In this document: positions 58,581 through 64,000 of the stretch, one piece after another
How the letters are laid out: the number at the start of each line of letters is the position of its first letter
How positions within the stretch are numbered: the first letter of the stretch is position 1
Assembly (NCBI GenBank): GCA_002269645.1
Contig: NIVC01000921.1
Coordinates: forward strand, 310,001-374,000
Length of the DNA: 64,000 bases
From: Macrostomum lignano
Lineage: Eukaryota
Reading direction: 5' to 3'
Program-made: the position numbers and the translations under genes
Notes under the pieces: model-generated
What the model was told of the DNA's origin: nothing
What the model saw: the letters and a program-made list of their open reading frames with translations, nothing else
The model's database searches: none

Positions 58581-59376
58581 GAATCAATTTGCTAATTATT
58601 GTTTTTGTTTAGATCTTTTGTTTAGCTAGGCAGTGTTTTTACCAAAAAGTTGATACAAATTTGCATTAAAGTGCACTTTATGGATAAGAATTCTAAAGTC
58701 AAGAATGCAGTTTTTTTCCCTAGAAAGATATATTAGAAACAGTTGGTTTTAGTTCTTGGAAAAAGGCACTAAATAGAAATATATTAAAAAACCAAAATGC
58801 TACCTTTTTAGCTCAAATTTCCCAAATCGATTGTCATCATATTATTGTAGGTAGCAAGTAGCAAAAACACTAGACTAATTATAAACATAAAGTACTCTGA
58901 AATGAAATGTCTCAAGTAGACAAAGTGACCTGGACAGAAAGTGTTCAAATTGCAATAACATTTTACATCTTGGTTTCTAAATCAGCTGGCATCAGTAAAA
59001 AAGTCACAATCTACCCTTTATTTTGCTAAGCCTCTGACTCCATGCTTACCGGTATAGTACAGGTAGGATGGGATCAAGATCCTATCTGATCCCAAGAATG
59101 CTGATTTCATCCAGCCAACATTTTTGCTTATAAGCTAGATAGAGATCCTAATTCCACTCTTGAAATCCCAAAAGTTATACAAGCATTGATACTTGAAATG
59201 AAATATGAATTACCAGAATATATGGCACTTATATATCATGTTGATGTGCTATGACAGACACCTAGAGGGAATTATATTCTCACATAATCCTGTGCATGCT
59301 GGCCGCAGTGCAGGCTAGAGCAGCTTTAATAAAGTACACAGCCTGCACCCTTGCTTTCACTCTATAACCAGTGAGT

Positions 59377-62300
59377 ATGGCTATGCGCACCAACCTGCGA
59401 CAGCAGTTGCTTAAAGAACAGGCTCAGCAGCAGCCTCAACAACAGCAGCCGCAGCAGCAGCAGCAACCGCAGTTTGCCCGACCAGCATGGCCAGTCTCTG
59501 CGCAATCGGCAGCTCCTGTCAGTCTGGCTGGCGGCGCATCTTTCAGCCGTTTGGAAAACCCAACGCCCTATCACCTGGCCCAGCAGCAGCAGCAGCAGCA
59601 GCAGCTCAATCAGAGCACACCTAGCAGTGCCGCCGCCGCCTCCAGTCCGGTCGAGTCGCCTGAAAACTCGGCCGACTCAGCCGATTTACAATTGCCCAAC
59701 GACGTGGACATGGACTTGGATATTAGCGAACTGTTGGGCGATGATAGCGACTTTGCTCATCTGTCTTCTACTGCACCCGTATGTACTCCTCGCTTGCTGT
59801 TTGTTCACCTTTGCATCGCTTCATTGATTTCATTCTGTTGTCTGCACTAGTGTGGTAGGGGAATGGTTCATGTGTCGCGGCAGTAAAGCTCAAGGATGAT
59901 TTAGTATCACGGAAATTAACGTCAGCGATTATTGGGATCGCTGAAGTGAATCTTTGTGATGTCTGGGAAATATTGGGATCACGGGAAGTGTATATTGATT
60001 GGGATCACGGGAAGTGTATATTGATTGGGATCACGGGAAGTGTATATTGATTGGGATCACGGGAAGTGTATATTGATTGGGATCACGGGAAGTGAATACC
60101 TGGGATAGATTGGGATCACGGGAAGTGAATACCTGGGATAGATTGGGATCACAGGAAGTGAATACCTGGGATAGATTGGGATCACGGGAAGTGAATACCC
60201 GAGGTTGATGGGGGCCAGGGAATTTAATATCTGTGGGGGTTTCGGAAAGCGAAGTTAGTGTCATTTGAGATCATGAACCCAGAGTCTCGGACTCAGAGAG
60301 TTTTTTTTGGAATCGCGAATACGGAAGTGAACAATTGAATCAAGCTGCTTCATCTCCCCCCCCCCCAGAATCCGGCTCACTTTCCGATCAGCTCCGGCCA
60401 GACATTCAGCGGTTTTACCGGCCTCCGCGACGGCGACGGCGGCGACCCTCCATCGGTCATGGAAGCCAAGCCGTCGACATCCGCGCCAGCGAGCACGCAT
60501 CTGTTTCTGACCGGTGGGTCCCGGCTCTCCGCTCACCAGCTCCAGCAGCAGCAGCAGCAGCAGCAACAATCTTCGTTGGCGCCGGCCTCCCTGGGCTCGT
60601 CCGATTCCCGTGCCGCTTCGGTTGCCTCCTCGCTGGCCACCGCCGGCGGGCCGCCACGCGACCGGTCTAAGAAGGACTCGCACAACCGGATCGAGCGGAA
60701 GCGTCGAGAGAATATTAATCATCAGATTGCCGAGCTCGGCGAAATTCTGCCGAGGGGCTACTTTCAGGATAGGTGAGTTCATTTGATTGCATTCAGTTTT
60801 TTTGTCTAATGAGTAAGCTTTCGGCTTGTTGACGCAACTTGACAAAAGTTGCTACTTTGATTCTGTTCCCCGCGATTAGCTAATTTACATGTATATAATC
60901 AACAACAGTCATGTACAAATACTATTTTCTAGTCAAGTTCAAGGATCTATGAGCCAAATTATCTATGGCCTGATCCGTTTATGACCTAGGCTGTCCTTAA
61001 CCCGATCTGTCAATGACCCAGGCTGTCTATGATCCAAGCTGGCTGCCTATGATCCAAGCTGGCTGTCTATGATCCAGGCTGTCTATGACCCGATCTGTCT
61101 ATGATTCAGGCTGTCTATGACCCGATCTGTCTATGACCCGATCTCTCTATGACCCGATCTCTCTATGATTCAGGCTGTCTATGACCCGATCTGTCTATGA
61201 TCCAGGCTGTCTATGACCCTATCTGTCTATGATCCATGCTGTCTATGACCCGATCTGTCTATGATTCAGGCTGTCTATGACCCGATCTGTCTATGACCCG
61301 ATCTCTCTATGATTCAGGCTGTCTATGACCCGATCTGTCTATGATCCAGGCTGTCTATGACCCTATCTGTCTATGATCCATGCTGTCTATGACCCGATCT
61401 GTCTATGATTCAGGCTGTCTATGACCCGATCTGTCTATGATCCAGGCTGTCTATGACCCTATCTGTCTATGATCCATGCTGTCTATGACTCGATCTCTCT
61501 ATGATTCAGGCTGTCTATGACCCTATCTGTCTATGATTCAGGCTGTCTATGACCCGATCTCTCTATGATTCAGGCTGTCTATGACCCGATCTGTCTATGA
61601 TCCATGCTGTCTATGACCCGATCTGTCTATGATTCAGGCTGTCTATGACCCGATCTGTCTATGATCCAGGCTGTCTATGACCCTATCTGTCTATGATCCA
61701 TGCTGTCTATGACTCGATCTCTCTATGATTCAGGCTGTCTATGACCCGATCTGTCTATGATTCAGGCTGTCTATGACCCGATCTCTCTATGATTCAGGCT
61801 GTCTATGACCCGATCTGTCTATGATCCAGGCTGTCTATGACCCTATCTGTCTATGATCCATGCTGTCTATGACCCGATCTGTCTATGATTCAGGCTGTCT
61901 ATGAAGCGGATCTGTCAATGATTCAGGCTGTCTATGAGTCGATCTGTCAAATGACCCAGGCTGTCTATGACCCGATCTATCAAATGACCCAGGCTGTCTA
62001 TGACCCGATCTGTCAAATGACCCAGGCTGTCTATGACCCGATCTATCAAATGACCCAGGCTGTCTATGACCCGATCTGTCAAATGACCCAGACTGTCTAT
62101 GACCTGATCTGTCAAATGACCCAGGCTGTCTATGACCCGATCTATCAAATGACCCAGACTGTCTATGAGTTAAAGTAGTGTCTATGGCCTCAACTTTCTA
62201 TGGCCAAGTGTCTATGACCCGAACTAATAATAATTTGCCATCAAACAGTCCACCTCCAACACCAACCGACCCTTGAACCCTCCAGCGACTTGAAGAAGAA

Positions 62301-63971
62301 CAAAGGAAACATCCTGAAGGCTTCGGTTGACTATATCCGGGAACTACAGGCTGAACAGATGAAACTGTCGGATCGGGTGGCCCAGTCGGAGACGCGGGCG
62401 GAGAAACTGGACCAGCTGTCTCGGGCTCTGGCCATGCAGATTCAGGTCAGCTCACACTTATTGTGAAAGTCAGGCGTGTACTTTTACATTTGTCTTTGAC
62501 CGCGATTGTTTAAATATGTATTATATTTGTTATATATTCTTAAGATATATTTGTTTTAACGTGACACCTCACTGATGTATCCATATTATCAGTGACACAT
62601 GCAGCATACAACACAGTGCCACATGCAGCATACAGCCATATTGTCAGTGACACATGCAGCATACAGCCATATTGTCAGTGACACATGCAGCATACAGCCA
62701 TATTGTCAGTGACACATGCAGCCATATTGTCAGTGACACATGCAGCATACAGTCATATTATCAGTGACACATGCAGCATACAGCCATATTGTCAGTGACA
62801 CATGCAGCCATATTGTCAGTGACACATGCAGCATACAGCTATATTGTCAGTGACACATGCAGCATACAGTCATATTATCAGTGACACATGCAGCATACAG
62901 CCATATTGTCAGTGACACATGCAGCCATATTGTCAGTGACACATGCAGCATACAGCTATATTGTCAGTGACACATGCAGCATACAGCCATATTGTCAGTG
63001 ACACATGCAGCATACAGCTATATTGTCAGTGACACATGCAGCATACAGCCATATTGTCAGTGACACATGCAGCATACAGCCATATTGTCAGTGACACATG
63101 CAGCCATATTGTCAGTGACACATGCAGCATACAGTCATATTATCAGTGACACATGCAGCATACAGCCATATTGTCAGTGACACATGCAGCCATATTGTCA
63201 GTGACACATGCAGCATACAGCTATATTGTCAGTGACACATGCAGCATACAGTCATATTATCAGTGACACATGCAGCATACAGCCATATTGTCAGTGACAC
63301 ATGCAGCCATATTGTCAGTGACACATGCAGCATACAGCTATATTGTCAGTGACACATGCAGCATACAGCCATATTGTCAGTGACACATGCAGCATACAGC
63401 TATATTGTCAGTGACACATGCAGCATACAGCCATATTGTCAGTGACACATGCAGCATACAGCCATATTGTCAGTGACACATGCAGCCATATTGTCAGTGA
63501 CACATGCAGCATACAGTCATATTATCAGTGACACATGCAGCATACAGCCATATTGTCAGTGACACATGCAGCCATATTGTCAGTGACACATGCAGCATTC
63601 AGTGCTCCAGCAAGCTAACTGGCTAAGCTAATCTTGCCGCCCCTCCCCCACCCCATGTGCAGAACATGCAGCAGACCCTATCAACCCACGGAGTTCAGTA
63701 CCAACAAGCCAACAGTCTAGACGAAGGCGTTGTTCACGGCCTCCTCAACTTCCTAGTGAGCTCGTCGCCGTCCTCGTCGACTCGCGTGAAAGCCGAGCCC
63801 ACAACTGGCCTGCAGCAGCAGCAGCAACAGCCAGTGTCTGCAGAACTTGCTTCTAGCTCTGTTAGCACCGCCGCCGCTGTTGTCGACGCCACCGACTGTT
63901 TGGCGCTTGTCGACTCTGACCCGATGCTGGGCTTCTCCGATGCCAACAGTCCGCTGTTCTCCGACCAATAG
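59377..63971 (+). CDS. MITF: MiT/TFE-family bHLH-leucine zipper transcription factor (MITF/TFEB/TFE3-like). Exons 59377-59778, 60369-60772, 62286-62445, 63663-63971; an upstream exon is possible
   Basis: N-terminal MRTNLRQQLLKEQ and LENPTPYHL blocks. bHLH KKDSHNRIERKRRENINHQIAELGEILP...NKGNILKASVDYIRELQ. Zipper continues ...LAMQIQ|NMQQTLSTHG. Splice phases 0, 2, 0 are consistent. Poly-Gln tracts. The symbol denotes the family, not a specific vertebrate paralog. Confidence 0.92.
59975..60200. repeat. 26-33-bp tandem repeat (GGGATCACGGGAAGTGTATATTGATT and variants) in MiT intron 1
   Basis: About 8 units sharing TGGGATCACGGGAAGTG. Confidence 0.92.
61000..62170. repeat. 16-bp-based minisatellite (TGTCTATGACCCGATC / TGTCTATGATCCAGGC) in MiT intron 2
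   Basis: About 1.15 kb of alternating 16-mer variants with higher-order blocks. Confidence 0.96.
62585..63597. repeat. 31/22-bp minisatellite (CAGTGACACATGCAGCATACAGCCATATTGT) in MiT intron 3
   Basis: Roughly 35 units in long (31 nt) and short (22 nt) forms. Confidence 0.97.
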
Positions 63972-64000
63972 GAGGATTTTGATGTCCGCAAAGTGTCTCT

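Noticed and set aside
61885-62178. MTQAVYDPIYQ repeat ORF in MiT intron 2
   Set aside because: Translation of the minisatellite. The flanking exons splice in frame without it.

Overview
Eukaryotic (metazoan, invertebrate-like) genomic DNA with GC-rich exons, short spliceosomal introns, TTAGGG-type repeats and AT-rich, transposon-laden intergenic DNA. The style recalls a flatworm such as Macrostomum, but the species cannot be established from sequence alone. Left to right: (1) 1-15.4 kb: three paralogous genes combining a dynamin/mitofusin-like GTPase, a helical stalk and a DSTYK (Dusty)-like kinase, with matching intron positions. Copy A (minus, runs off the window) has intact G1-G4 motifs. 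Copy B lacks the G2-G4 segment but keeps an intact kinase. Copy C has frameshifted GTPase exons and an open pseudokinase. (2) A C-type lectin domain gene at about 17.6-20.0 kb. (3) tRNA-derived SINEs, MITEs, a 2.17-kb TIR element with an 8-bp TSD, a decayed spliced gene and several minisatellites. (4) 32.9-44.3 kb: a head-to-tail array of Helitron units on the minus strand. It includes a 7.9-kb unit with a near-intact, intron-containing Rep/PIF1-helicase gene interrupted by a hAT-type MITE. Short units carrying (TTAGGG)n flank it. (5) A 3-exon BLM/RecQ helicase gene. (6) hAT-type MITEs and a THAP-like fragment. (7) A MiT/TFE (MITF/TFEB-family) bHLH-Zip gene whose three introns each hold a different minisatellite. 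Exon boundaries were read by hand and some repeat boundaries are approximate. No database searches were run.
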